Source of the DNA: an uncultured Pyrinomonadaceae bacterium
GTDB taxonomy: Bacteria > Acidobacteriota > Blastocatellia > Pyrinomonadales > Pyrinomonadaceae
DNA: 61,255 nt
Reading direction: 5' to 3'
Assembly (NCBI GenBank): GCA_964237245.1
Contig: CAXSHW010000014.1
Location: 297-61,551 of the forward strand
Position numbers and translations under genes: made by a program. Of the stretch, positions 37,049 to 46,448 are shown piece after piece (positions within the stretch are counted from its first letter, which is position 1; each line of letters starts with the position of its first letter). The notes under the pieces were generated by a model, which worked only from the letters and a program-made list of their open reading frames with translations, ran no database searches and had not been told where the DNA came from.

Positions 37049-38098
37049 GTGGAAAAAAAAGGCAAAAACGGTTTTTGGTTAGCGACGGCTTTGGGTGTCG
37101 GCGCGCTTACCGCTTATACCTTTTTGGGGAAAAACCGTTCGGAATATAGTTTCAAAGATAAAGTTGTTTTAATCACCGGCGGCTCGCGCGGACTTGGCTT
37201 GGTGCTGGCTCGAACGTTTGCCGGCGAAGAGGCGAAAATCGCAATTTGCGCCAGAAACGCCGAAGAATTATCGCGCGCCAAACAAGATTTGGAAAAGCGC
37301 GGCGCGGAAGTTTTCGAAACGGTTTGCGATGTCCGAAATCAATCCGAAGTAAATCGAATGATTGAAGCGGTTTGTAAGCATTACGGACAAATTGATGTTT
37401 TGATAAACAACGCGGGCGTGATTCAAGTCGGACCTTTGGAAGACCAAACGCAAAAAGATTTTGAAGACGCGCTTGCCGTTCATTTCTGGGGCGCGTATTT
37501 TACGATGAGCGCGGCGATTCCGAAAATGCGAACGCGCGGCGCGGGAAAAATCGTCAATATCGCTTCAATCGGCGGAAAAATCAGCGTGCCGCATCTCGCG
37601 CCTTATTGCGCCAGCAAATTCGCGCTGGTCGGACTTTCCGGCGCGGTGCGCGTCGAACTTGCCAAAGACAATATTCAGGTGACAACGGTTTGTCCCGGCT
37701 TAATGCGAACGGGAAGTCACGTCAACGCTATTTTCAAAGGACAAAACAAAAAAGAATTTGCCTGGTTCAGTATCGGCGACGCTTTGCCCTTTAGTTCAAT
37801 CAGCGCGGAATCGGCGGCAATGCAAATCGTCGAAGCCTGTCGCAATGGAGACGCGGAAGCAATCATCTCAATTCAAGCGGAAATGGCGGCGAAAATAAAC
37901 GCGCTTTTCCCCGAATTGGTGGCGGAAATTTCGGAACTCGTTAATCGGCTTTTACCGTCTGCGGGCGGCATCGGTGAGAATTCTGCTTCGGGAAAAGAAA
38001 GCGCATCGGTTGCTTCGCCTTCGTTTTTAACCGCTCAAATTGATGAAGAATCTTATCGAAACAACGAATTAAAACCGGGTGAGAAAATCGCCGGATAA
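37049..38098 (+). CDS. SDR-family oxidoreductase with N-terminal membrane anchor
   Basis: TGGSRGLG cofactor motif and YCASK catalytic motif. The start is GTG. Confidence 0.85.
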   Translation: MEKKGKNGFWLATALGVGALTAYTFLGKNRSEYSFKDKVVLITGGSRGLGLVLARTFAGEEAKIAICARNAEELSRAKQDLEKRGAEVFETVCDVRNQSEVNRMIEAVCKHYGQIDVLINNAGVIQVGPLEDQTQKDFEDALAVHFWGAYFTMSAAIPKMRTRGAGKIVNIASIGGKISVPHLAPYCASKFALVGLSGAVRVELAKDNIQVTTVCPGLMRTGSHVNAIFKGQNKKEFAWFSIGDALPFSSISAESAAMQIVEACRNGDAEAIISIQAEMAAKINALFPELVAEISELVNRLLPSAGGIGENSASGKESASVASPSFLTAQIDEESYRNNELKPGEKIAG

Positions 38099-38116
38099 AC
38101 AAGGATGGGAGAATTT

Positions 38117-38926
38117 ATGAAACACAACGAACAAGAAAAATCATTGACCGACATTTTGACAAATACAAATACCAACGTCGGCGACGTGGAAAGAGTCGTG
38201 TCCAGCATCGGCGGCGGCGCTCTGCTGGCTTACGGCATAAAGCGCGGCGACACTTTTGGGATTTTACTTTCGATTCTGGGCGGCGGTTTCGCTCTGCGCG
38301 GCGCAACCGGACACTGCCAGATTTATGACGCGATAGGAATTAACAAGAGCGGTGGCGGAAAGGATGCGGAAAACTCCGGTTCAAAAAAATCAGCCAGGTC
38401 ATCAACTTGGAAAGATGGTTTGCTTTCGGGCAAAGTTCACGTTACCAAAGCGCTGACAATCAACAAATCGGCTGCGGAGCTGTATCAATTCTGGCATAAT
38501 TTTGAAAACCTGCCGCAATTTATGGAGCATCTCGAAGCGGTGAAAAATACGGGCGAGAAAACTTCGCATTGGAAAGCTAAAGCGCCGCTCGGTCAATCGG
38601 TAGAATGGGACGCCGAAATTACCAGCGACCGCGAAAATGAGAGAATCGGCTGGCGTTCTTTAGAAGGCGCGGACATTGCAAATTCCGGCGTCGTTGAGTT
38701 TAAGCCGACTATTAATCGAGGCACGGAAGTAAAAGTTACGCTAATTTACGAAGCGCCAGGCGGAAATTTGGGCGCGATGCTCGCCAAACTTTTCGGCGAA
38801 GAACCAAGCCAGCAAGTCTATGGCGATTTATATCGTTTTAAGAGTTTGATGGAAGCCGGCGAAATTATCCGCGTAGAAGAGCAAACTTCGGGACGTAAAC
38901 CGATGGCGAAAAAGGCGACAGCATAA
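38117..38926 (+). CDS. DUF2892 (YgaP-like TM) + SRPBCC (cyclase/dehydrase) domain protein
   Basis: The N-terminal ERVVSSIGGGALLAYG..LGGGFALRGATGHC segment is followed by a START/SRPBCC-like domain. ATG 38117 has GGGAGA upstream; ATG 38105 is an alternative. Confidence 0.78.
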   Translation: MKHNEQEKSLTDILTNTNTNVGDVERVVSSIGGGALLAYGIKRGDTFGILLSILGGGFALRGATGHCQIYDAIGINKSGGGKDAENSGSKKSARSSTWKDGLLSGKVHVTKALTINKSAAELYQFWHNFENLPQFMEHLEAVKNTGEKTSHWKAKAPLGQSVEWDAEITSDRENERIGWRSLEGADIANSGVVEFKPTINRGTEVKVTLIYEAPGGNLGAMLAKLFGEEPSQQVYGDLYRFKSLMEAGEIIRVEEQTSGRKPMAKKATA

Positions 38927-38929
38927 TTT

Positions 38930-39001
38930 AATGGTAAATGGTAAATGCTAAACGCTGAATGAAAAGCAAAATTTATTATTTACTGTTTACCGTTCAGTAT
39001 T
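38930..39001. repeat. Two opposed heptamer arrays (AATGGTA-type, then TACCGTT-type)
   Basis: AATGGTA AATGGTA AATGCTA AACGCTG (38930-38957) faces TATTATT TACTGTT TACCGTT CAGTATT (38974-39001). Confidence 0.75.
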
Positions 39002-39024
39002 AAAAAACAAGGGAGAATTATAAA

Positions 39025-40206
39025 ATGAAAGCAGCATGTTGGATGGGAAAACACGACGTTCAGGTTTTGGACGTGCCTGACCCGCAGATTTTGAACGAGC
39101 GCGACGCGATTATTAAAATTACAAAAACCGCGATTTGCGGCTCGGATTTGCACCTTTACAATGGTTACATTCCGACGATGAAAGAAGGCGATATTCTCGG
39201 ACACGAGTTTATGGGCGAAGTCGTCGAAACCGGCAAAGGAATCTCGAATTTACAGAAAGGCGACAAAGTTGTCGTGCCTTTTACAATCGCCTGCGGAAAT
39301 TGCTTTTTCTGCCAGCGTGAATTGTGGTCGGCTTGCGACAACTCGAACCCGAAACCGGAAGTCGTTGAATCTTTATACGGTTATTCCGGCTCGGCGCTGT
39401 TCGGTTATTCGCATATGTTGGGCGGCTTCGCGGGCGGTCAAGCCGAATACGTGCGCGTTCCTTTTGCCGATGTCGGTCCTTTGAAAGTGCCGAATGACAT
39501 CGAAGACGAAAAAGTTTTGTTTCTGTCGGACATTTTTCCGACCGGTTATCAAGCGGCGGAAAATTGCGATATTAAAGAAGGAGATACGGTAGCGATTTGG
39601 GGCGCGGGTCCGGTCGGACAATTCGCAATCAAATCGGCATTTATGCTCGGCGCGGAAAAGGTCATTGTTATTGACCATTACAATGCGCGTCTGGCGGAAG
39701 CGATGCAGTATAACGCGGGCGCGAATTTGGAAACGATAAACTTCGACGACGAAGACGTTCACGAAAAATTAAACGATTTAACCGGCGGGCGCGGACCTGA
39801 TTCGTGTATAGATTGCGTCGGGCTGGAATCGCACGGAACTTCGCCCGATTCCTTGCTCGATTACGCCAAAGCGACTTTGTTTTTGGCGACCGACCGACCG
39901 CACGCGCTTCGACAGGCGATTTTTTGCTGTCGCAAAGGCGGAACGGTTTCGATTCCGGGCGTTTACGGCGGATTCCTCGATAAATTCCCGATGGGCGCGG
40001 CGTTTGGCAAAGGTTTGACCTTCAAAATGGGACAGACGAATATGATGAAATATATGGGCAAACTTTTCGACGCGATTCAGGAAAACAAAATTGACCCGAC
40101 ATTTATTATTTCGCACCGTTTGAAATTGTCGGAAGCGCCGCTGGGCTATGAACATTTCAACACGGAAAAAGACACCTGGCGCAAAATCGTTTTGTCGCCC
40201 AACTAA
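39025..40206 (+). CDS. Zinc-dependent alcohol dehydrogenase (glutathione-independent formaldehyde dehydrogenase-like)
   Basis: GHEFMGEV zinc motif, structural-zinc Cys cluster CGNCFFC and Rossmann motif GAGPVG. RBS is GGGAGA. Confidence 0.9.
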   Translation: MKAACWMGKHDVQVLDVPDPQILNERDAIIKITKTAICGSDLHLYNGYIPTMKEGDILGHEFMGEVVETGKGISNLQKGDKVVVPFTIACGNCFFCQRELWSACDNSNPKPEVVESLYGYSGSALFGYSHMLGGFAGGQAEYVRVPFADVGPLKVPNDIEDEKVLFLSDIFPTGYQAAENCDIKEGDTVAIWGAGPVGQFAIKSAFMLGAEKVIVIDHYNARLAEAMQYNAGANLETINFDDEDVHEKLNDLTGGRGPDSCIDCVGLESHGTSPDSLLDYAKATLFLATDRPHALRQAIFCCRKGGTVSIPGVYGGFLDKFPMGAAFGKGLTFKMGQTNMMKYMGKLFDAIQENKIDPTFIISHRLKLSEAPLGYEHFNTEKDTWRKIVLSPN

Positions 40207-40220
40207 ACAAAAGTTTGGAA

Positions 40221-41216
40221 ATGCAATCGAAAATTGAATCTCCGAATGAACTGATTGAACTTGCGATTGGCTATCAAAAATCGCAAGTTCTTTTCGCGTT
40301 GGTCGAATTTGAAATTCCGAAAATTCTCTGCCGGGAAAATCTCTCCGCTGATGATCTGGCAAAAAAACTTGAAATTCATCCGCTTGCGATGAAAAGGTTT
40401 CTCGACGCTTCCGTCGCAGTCGGATTGCTCGAAAGGGAAAAAGATTTTTATCGAAACTCTGTTTTGACCGATTATTTTCTCGTCAAAGACAGTGAATTTT
40501 ATCTCGGCGGGCAAATAAAACGCTACAAAAATCGTTCGTATCCGCTCTGGGCTGAATTGCCCGAAAAACTAAAATCCTGGCAATACGGAGAAAGCAACCC
40601 GGACGCGCCGGAAGATGACGACCAGGACGCGGAATCAATGGCTGAACAGCACAATCTCGCGCTGCTTCACGGACGCGCTCTGGGCGAAAATTTTGATTTA
40701 TCAAATTACAAAAATCTGCTCGATTTGGGCGGCGGAACGGGCGCGATGTCAATCGGTTTGTGTGAAATCTATCCGAAACTGCGAGCGACCGTTTTTGATT
40801 TGCCGGAAAACGTCGAAAAAGCCGACGAATTTATTTCAAAATCAAGGCTGAAATCAAGAATCAAAATTGTCGGCGGCGACCTTATCAAAGACGATTTGCC
40901 GAAAAATTTCGATGTCGCGCTGCTGGCAAATCTGCTTTCGGTTTTCGACGCGGAAACGAACAAAAAACTTTTATCGCGCATTTACAAAATGCTTCCCGAA
41001 AACGGCGTTTGTATCATCAGCGGCTGGATTTTGGATAAAAACCGTTTAAGCCCGGACATTTCGGTTTTGTTTTGTCTGGAAGATATTTGCTGGAATTCAT
41101 CCGATGTCGAGCGGAGTTTTGAAGTTTATCAATCGTGGTTGAGAGACGCGGGTTTTAAAAAAACAGAATTCAAAATTTATCTCGAACCGACCAGAATGAT
41201 TTGCGCGTATAAATAG
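40221..41216 (+). CDS. O-methyltransferase (class I SAM-dependent, with N-terminal dimerisation/wHTH domain)
   Basis: LLDLGGGTGA SAM motif and a plant/bacterial OMT-type layout. Confidence 0.85.
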   Translation: MQSKIESPNELIELAIGYQKSQVLFALVEFEIPKILCRENLSADDLAKKLEIHPLAMKRFLDASVAVGLLEREKDFYRNSVLTDYFLVKDSEFYLGGQIKRYKNRSYPLWAELPEKLKSWQYGESNPDAPEDDDQDAESMAEQHNLALLHGRALGENFDLSNYKNLLDLGGGTGAMSIGLCEIYPKLRATVFDLPENVEKADEFISKSRLKSRIKIVGGDLIKDDLPKNFDVALLANLLSVFDAETNKKLLSRIYKMLPENGVCIISGWILDKNRLSPDISVLFCLEDICWNSSDVERSFEVYQSWLRDAGFKKTEFKIYLEPTRMICAYK

Positions 41217-41365
41217 AAAACGGCAAATATCCGATTGCAAAATCGAGCGGTTTTAAATCGCGGCTTTTCCAAAAAAATATCTCGTGATAAGATTTTCTGT
41301 TTACACATATCGGGAAATTTAAGGCGGCAAATGTCAAAACAAAATCTTTTGCCTGCAATTGAAAA

Positions 41366-42667
41366 ATGGATAAATTTTTGATTCGCGGCGGAAAGCCGCT
41401 CAAAGGAAAAGTTGAAATCAGCGGCGCGAAAAACTCCGCTCTGCCGTGTCTCGCCGCAACGCTTTTATCTTCGGAAAACGTCATTTTGCACAATGTTCCG
41501 TATGTCAAAGATTTGATAACGCAGCGTCGTCTGCTTGAAGATTTGGGCGCGACCGTTTTAACGCCCGAACTTCGCACTCATAAAGTTTCCGCCGCCAATA
41601 TCGAGGTTTTTGAAGCGCCTTACGAACTCGTCAAAACAATGCGGGCAAGCGTTCTGGCTCTAGGTCCGCTTCTGGCAAGATTCGGGCAAGCGAAAGTTTC
41701 GCTTCCCGGCGGCTGCGCGATTGGAACGCGCCCGATTGATTTGCATCTCAAGGCATTTGAGCAATTAGGCGCGAAAATTTCGCTCGAATCGGGCGATGTC
41801 GTGGCGCGCGCGCCCAAAGGCAGACTTGTCGGCGCAAATGTCTATTTCGACATAGTCACCGTTACCGGAACGGAAAACGTGATGATGGCGGCGGTTTTGG
41901 CGAAAGGGAAAACGATGATTCACAACGCCGCGCGTGAGCCGGAAATCGAAGATTTAGCCGAGCTTTTGAATAAAATGGGCGCTCGAATCAAAGGCGCGGG
42001 AACTGAAAAAATCGAAATCAAAGGCGTGGAAAGTCTCGGCGCGGCGGAACACACGATTATTCCAGACAGAATAGAAACCGGAACTTTTATCATCGCCGCC
42101 GCTATCACAAACGGCGAACTCGAAATCAAAAATTGTCGTCCCGAACATCTTAAAACTGTTATCGAAAAACTGCGCGAAACCGGCGTCGAAATTGAAGAAC
42201 TGAATCAAAGCACTTTAATGGTCAAATGCGGCGACAGAGGTTTGCGTTCAAAAAACGTAACGACCGCGCCGCATCCAGACTTTCCGACCGATATGCAGGC
42301 GCAGTATATGGCTTTAATGACGCAAGCCGAAGGCGACGCGAAAATTGTCGAGACGATTTTTGAAAATCGCTTTATGCACGCATCGGAACTCGTCCGAATG
42401 GGCGCGGAAATTCACGTTTCGGGCAACACGGCAACAGTTCACGGCAAAACAAAATTAATGGGCGCGCCGGTTCAGGCTTCCGATTTGCGGGCGTCGGCTT
42501 CGCTCGTTCTTGCCGGACTCGCCGCGCAGGGCGAAACCGTGATTGACCGCGTTTACCACATTGACCGAGGCTACGAAAATATCGTCAAAAAACTCCGCAA
42601 AATCGGCGCGAATATCGAGCGCGTTTCAGATAATCTGGCGCAATCCGCAACAGAACTTAAATCGTAG
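41366..42667 (+). CDS. murA: UDP-N-acetylglucosamine 1-carboxyvinyltransferase
   Basis: MDKFLIRGGKPLKGKVEISGAKNSALP.., with full-length MurA similarity evident throughout. Confidence 0.97.
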   Translation: MDKFLIRGGKPLKGKVEISGAKNSALPCLAATLLSSENVILHNVPYVKDLITQRRLLEDLGATVLTPELRTHKVSAANIEVFEAPYELVKTMRASVLALGPLLARFGQAKVSLPGGCAIGTRPIDLHLKAFEQLGAKISLESGDVVARAPKGRLVGANVYFDIVTVTGTENVMMAAVLAKGKTMIHNAAREPEIEDLAELLNKMGARIKGAGTEKIEIKGVESLGAAEHTIIPDRIETGTFIIAAAITNGELEIKNCRPEHLKTVIEKLRETGVEIEELNQSTLMVKCGDRGLRSKNVTTAPHPDFPTDMQAQYMALMTQAEGDAKIVETIFENRFMHASELVRMGAEIHVSGNTATVHGKTKLMGAPVQASDLRASASLVLAGLAAQGETVIDRVYHIDRGYENIVKKLRKIGANIERVSDNLAQSATELKS

Positions 42668-42712
42668 AATCAATCTGAAAAAGTTCTTTTCCGAGCAAAA
42701 TAACTTGTGGAA

Positions 42713-42753
42713 AGTAAATAAGACGATTGTGAAATAACAATGTCTTATTTACT
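42713..42753 (+). other. Hairpin downstream of murA (possible terminator, no T-tract)
   Basis: agtaaataagacgattgt (42713-42730) pairs with acaatgtcttatttact (42737-42753), with one bulge. Confidence 0.4.
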
Positions 42754-42836
42754 GCGATTGTAGATGTTTTTACTTTCCGAAAATTTTTCGTGGGTTTTGT
42801 TCAATCCGCCGGTTTGTGGTTTAATAAACTATTCCT

Positions 42837-43184
42837 ATGAACGAAAATTGTTTGTTTTGCAAAATTATTGCAGGCGAAATTCCGTCCGCTAAAATTTATG
42901 AAGACAAGGTTTGCATTGCCTTTGACGACATCAGTCCGCAAGCGCCGACGCACGTTTTGATAGTTCCGCGCGAACATCTCGATTCATTGGACAAAGCCGA
43001 AAAATCAGACGCCGATATGCTCGGACAACTGCTTTTTGCGGCGGCTGAAATCGCCCGCGAAAAAGGTTTTGCCGAAGACGGCTATCGAACGGTTATCAAT
43101 ACAAACGCCGACGGTGGACAAACCGTTTTTCACCTGCACGTTCACCTGCTCGGCGGGCGACCGTTTATATTTCCGCCGGGCTAA
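42837..43184 (+). CDS. HIT-family (HinT-like) nucleotide hydrolase
   Basis: Histidine triad HLHVHLLGG. Confidence 0.9.
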   Translation: MNENCLFCKIIAGEIPSAKIYEDKVCIAFDDISPQAPTHVLIVPREHLDSLDKAEKSDADMLGQLLFAAAEIAREKGFAEDGYRTVINTNADGGQTVFHLHVHLLGGRPFIFPPG

Positions 43185-43243
43185 CGTCTGCCGAAAATTT
43201 TTTCTCAATCGAAAATCCCGAAAATTATTTACAAGAATGAGTT

Positions 43244-44146
43244 ATGAAGAGAATTTTTATAATTGTAAGTTTAGTTTCAATTTCAGTCTTCGGCTGCTCG
43301 AAAAATAATTTGTCGGGCAGCGTAAATTCGGAAAACACAAATTTGCAATCTGCGTCAAATACGGAAACGAATCAGGAAATCGCCGCGAAAACATCAGACG
43401 CGCCGGTTACTGTTTTTACTGACGCAAACGAGGCTTTAACAGCAGGCAATAAGTTTTTTGACCAGAGCGATAATGAAAAGGCTGTCGGGGCTTATCGTCA
43501 AGCCGTTAAGTTAAATCCCGATTTCGCCGACGCTTATTTTAAACTCGGAATGGCTTATTCCTTGCTCGAAAAGGAACAAAAAGACGCGGGCGTTTTAACG
43601 GAAGAACCGACGGCGGCGGCGAAAAAAGGGAAAAAAGACGTTCCGGTGAAATTGACCGATTCGGATAAAGCGTTTGAAAACGCGGTCAAGGCTTACAAAA
43701 AGATTTTGGATAAAGACCCGAAGGACGATGTTGCCAAATTTAATCTCGGTCGCGCATTTAATAAGCTCAATCAAGATACGGACGCGCAAAAAGCCTTGTC
43801 TGAAGCCGTCAAACTCAATCCTGATGACGGCGAATATCAAACCGAATACGGCGCGATTTTGATAAAGCTCGCTAAATACGAAGATGCCATCGCGCCTCTG
43901 AAAAAAGCCGTCGAACTCGACGCGGATAATTTGCAGGCGCAGGAGCTTCTCGAAAAGGCTCAAGCCGGAAAAAAACGAATTGATTTCGGTATTAAACCAA
44001 AATTGGAAGAACTGGCGCAGCAACAGCAAGAACAGCAGCAAACTAAAAAACGCGAAAATCCGAAACAGTCGGCAAATTCCAATTCGCAGGAAAACTCTCT
44101 TCCGCCGCCGCCGCCGCCGCCGCAAAAAAAGAATTCCAATCAATAA
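43244..44146 (+). CDS. TPR-repeat lipoprotein with Gln/Pro-rich tail
   Basis: Lipobox ISVFG-C, several TPR units, and a C-terminal QQQEQQQ..PPPPPPP stretch. Confidence 0.8.
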   Translation: MKRIFIIVSLVSISVFGCSKNNLSGSVNSENTNLQSASNTETNQEIAAKTSDAPVTVFTDANEALTAGNKFFDQSDNEKAVGAYRQAVKLNPDFADAYFKLGMAYSLLEKEQKDAGVLTEEPTAAAKKGKKDVPVKLTDSDKAFENAVKAYKKILDKDPKDDVAKFNLGRAFNKLNQDTDAQKALSEAVKLNPDDGEYQTEYGAILIKLAKYEDAIAPLKKAVELDADNLQAQELLEKAQAGKKRIDFGIKPKLEELAQQQQEQQQTKKRENPKQSANSNSQENSLPPPPPPPQKKNSNQ

Positions 44147-44315
44147 GCACGAGCGGCAGCTCAAAGGAAGTTTGCTGATATTCGGTTTTCCGCTTCTGCA
44201 TCTAAAAAACACACAGCAAAGATTTTTTGTGTCAACTTGACAACCGACCGAAAAGTCGAGAATTTAGATTCGAGAGATAAAAATTGTAACCGACAGACAA
44301 TTGTCGGCTGAATTT

Positions 44316-46448
44316 ATGAAAATCGAAATCGAAAGTTCACAGACTTTTCCGCTCGAACGAAAAATCAAAATGCACGAAGCGCGTGAAGCGATAATTGACC
44401 GGCTCGCGCGTGATTTGCCGACAAACATTGACCTGGAAAGATTTTTAACGGTCGTCGTTTCGGAAATCGGGCGAATGATGCAGGCTGATCGCTGCGACGT
44501 TTTGCAATTGACGCCTGACAGCGAGCTTCGCATCAGTCACGAATGGCGCGCGTCAGAAAATATTCCGTCGAGTGAAGGCACGACGATTCCGATTGACGCG
44601 GAAAAACTTTCCGAGCGCTTTGATATTACTAAACCGATTCGCATTAACGACACTTCAAAAGCGACGGACGCGACCGTCAAATTTTTTACGAAAGCTCTGG
44701 AAACTCAATCTCTGTTGATTATTCCGATTATTTTGAGCGGAAAAGTTTTGGGACTGCTCGGACTTCACGACACGCACGCGCCGCGTGAATGGCTGGATGA
44801 AGAAGTTTCGTTTCTCGAATCAATCGCTCGCCAACTCGCCATCGGTTATCAATATACGAGTTTGTATGTCGCGCAGGAACAGGAATCTAAAAGCACAAAC
44901 GCGCTGCTTGAAATTGCCAACACGCTCAATTCGCATTCGGATTTCGGCATCGTTTCGTCAAAAGTTTTGGAACGCGCCATCAGTCTTGTCGGCGCGGATT
45001 ACGGCGCGCTCGGCGTGCTTGACCAGACGGAAAAGAAAATTTCGCTTGCTTCGTTTAAATCCGCGCCCGATGTCGAACCGAACGCGGTTTTGGAAATGAT
45101 TCAGCAGCACGGACAATCGCTCGACATCGAACCGTTTCCGGCAATCGGCGATATTTTGCGCGACGGAAAAACTTTGCGTCTCGTTGACAAACAACTTCCG
45201 TTTGCGATTCGCTTGATTTTTAATTCGCAGCTCGGCGGACGCGCCGCGCTGGTTGCGCCGGTCAGAGTCGCCGGACAAGCGTTCGGTCTGCTCGGTTTCG
45301 TTTGGAGCGAAGAACGCGAGCAAGGTTTTGAAAATCACGAAGTCGCGCTGGTCGAAGGCATCGCCGACCAAATCGGCACGGCGCTTGAGCGCGACCAATT
45401 AAGCGCGGAAGTAATGCGTCTTAAATCGGAACTTCACGAACGCCATACGAGCCAGATTATCGGACAAGCCGCGCCGATTCGCCGCGCGATTGAACTCGCC
45501 CTGACGGTCGCCGACACCAACACGACGGTTTTGATTCAAGGCGAATCGGGAACGGGAAAAGAGTTGCTGGCAAATCTGATTCACTACAATTCGGGCAGGG
45601 AAAACCAGCCGTATATTAAATTAAACTGCGGCGCGATTCCTGAAACGCTGCTTGAATCCGAGCTTTTCGGACACGAAAAAGGCGCGTTTACCGACGCCAG
45701 AACTCAGAGACAAGGACGTTTTGAAGAAGCGAGCGGCGGAACGCTTTTTCTTGATGAAATCGGCGAAATGAGTTTGTCGGCGCAGGTAAAATTGCTGCGA
45801 GTTTTGCAAGACGGCGAATTTACGCGCGTCGGCGGCAAAGAGGTTTTGAAAACCGACGCGCGGGTAATTGCCGCTTCAAACATTGACCTTGAAAAAGCGG
45901 TCGAGGAAGGAAAATTTCGCAAGGATTTATTTTATCGCCTGTCGGTTTTCCCGATTGTCGTCCCGCCGCTCAGAACTCGTCCCGAAGACATTCACTTGCT
46001 CGTGTTTCATTTTCTCGAACTGCACAAGGAAAAAACCGGACGTTTTGTTTCGGGAATTTCCAAAGACGCGCTTCGCGCTCTGGTCAATTACGAATGGACG
46101 GGAAACGTGCGCGAACTCGAAAACGCGATTGAACGCGCCGTTATCATTGCTTCCGGGCGACAAATCGAGCTTGACGATTTGCCCGAAGCCATCAGCCGCA
46201 AAGCGTTTGAACATCAAGCGCAGGCGAAACAGGAGCGTCTTCGCGCCGCCAGCGAAGGCAATTCAATCGGCATCGAAATCGAATTGCCGACGGCAATGGA
46301 CGAAGTTGAAAAACAAATCATCGAAGCGACGCTCGATTACACGGGCGGCGACAAATCTCGCGCTTCGCGCCTTCTAAATATCGGCAGAAAAACGCTCTAT
46401 CGAAAATTGGAACAATACGATTCAAAAAGCGATAAATCGCTAAATTAA
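44316..46448 (+). CDS. Sigma54-dependent transcriptional activator with two N-terminal GAF domains (Fis family)
   Basis: GAF x2, an AAA+ domain ([18 protein letters not shown]) and a C-terminal HTH. Its stop overlaps the selB ATG (TAATG). Confidence 0.9.
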   Translation: MKIEIESSQTFPLERKIKMHEAREAIIDRLARDLPTNIDLERFLTVVVSEIGRMMQADRCDVLQLTPDSELRISHEWRASENIPSSEGTTIPIDAEKLSERFDITKPIRINDTSKATDATVKFFTKALETQSLLIIPIILSGKVLGLLGLHDTHAPREWLDEEVSFLESIARQLAIGYQYTSLYVAQEQESKSTNALLEIANTLNSHSDFGIVSSKVLERAISLVGADYGALGVLDQTEKKISLASFKSAPDVEPNAVLEMIQQHGQSLDIEPFPAIGDILRDGKTLRLVDKQLPFAIRLIFNSQLGGRAALVAPVRVAGQAFGLLGFVWSEEREQGFENHEVALVEGIADQIGTALERDQLSAEVMRLKSELHERHTSQIIGQAAPIRRAIELALTVADTNTTVLIQGESGTGKELLANLIHYNSGRENQPYIKLNCGAIPETLLESELFGHEKGAFTDARTQRQGRFEEASGGTLFLDEIGEMSLSAQVKLLRVLQDGEFTRVGGKEVLKTDARVIAASNIDLEKAVEEGKFRKDLFYRLSVFPIVVPPLRTRPEDIHLLVFHFLELHKEKTGRFVSGISKDALRALVNYEWTGNVRELENAIERAVIIASGRQIELDDLPEAISRKAFEHQAQAKQERLRAASEGNSIGIEIELPTAMDEVEKQIIEATLDYTGGDKSRASRLLNIGRKTLYRKLEQYDSKSDKSLN

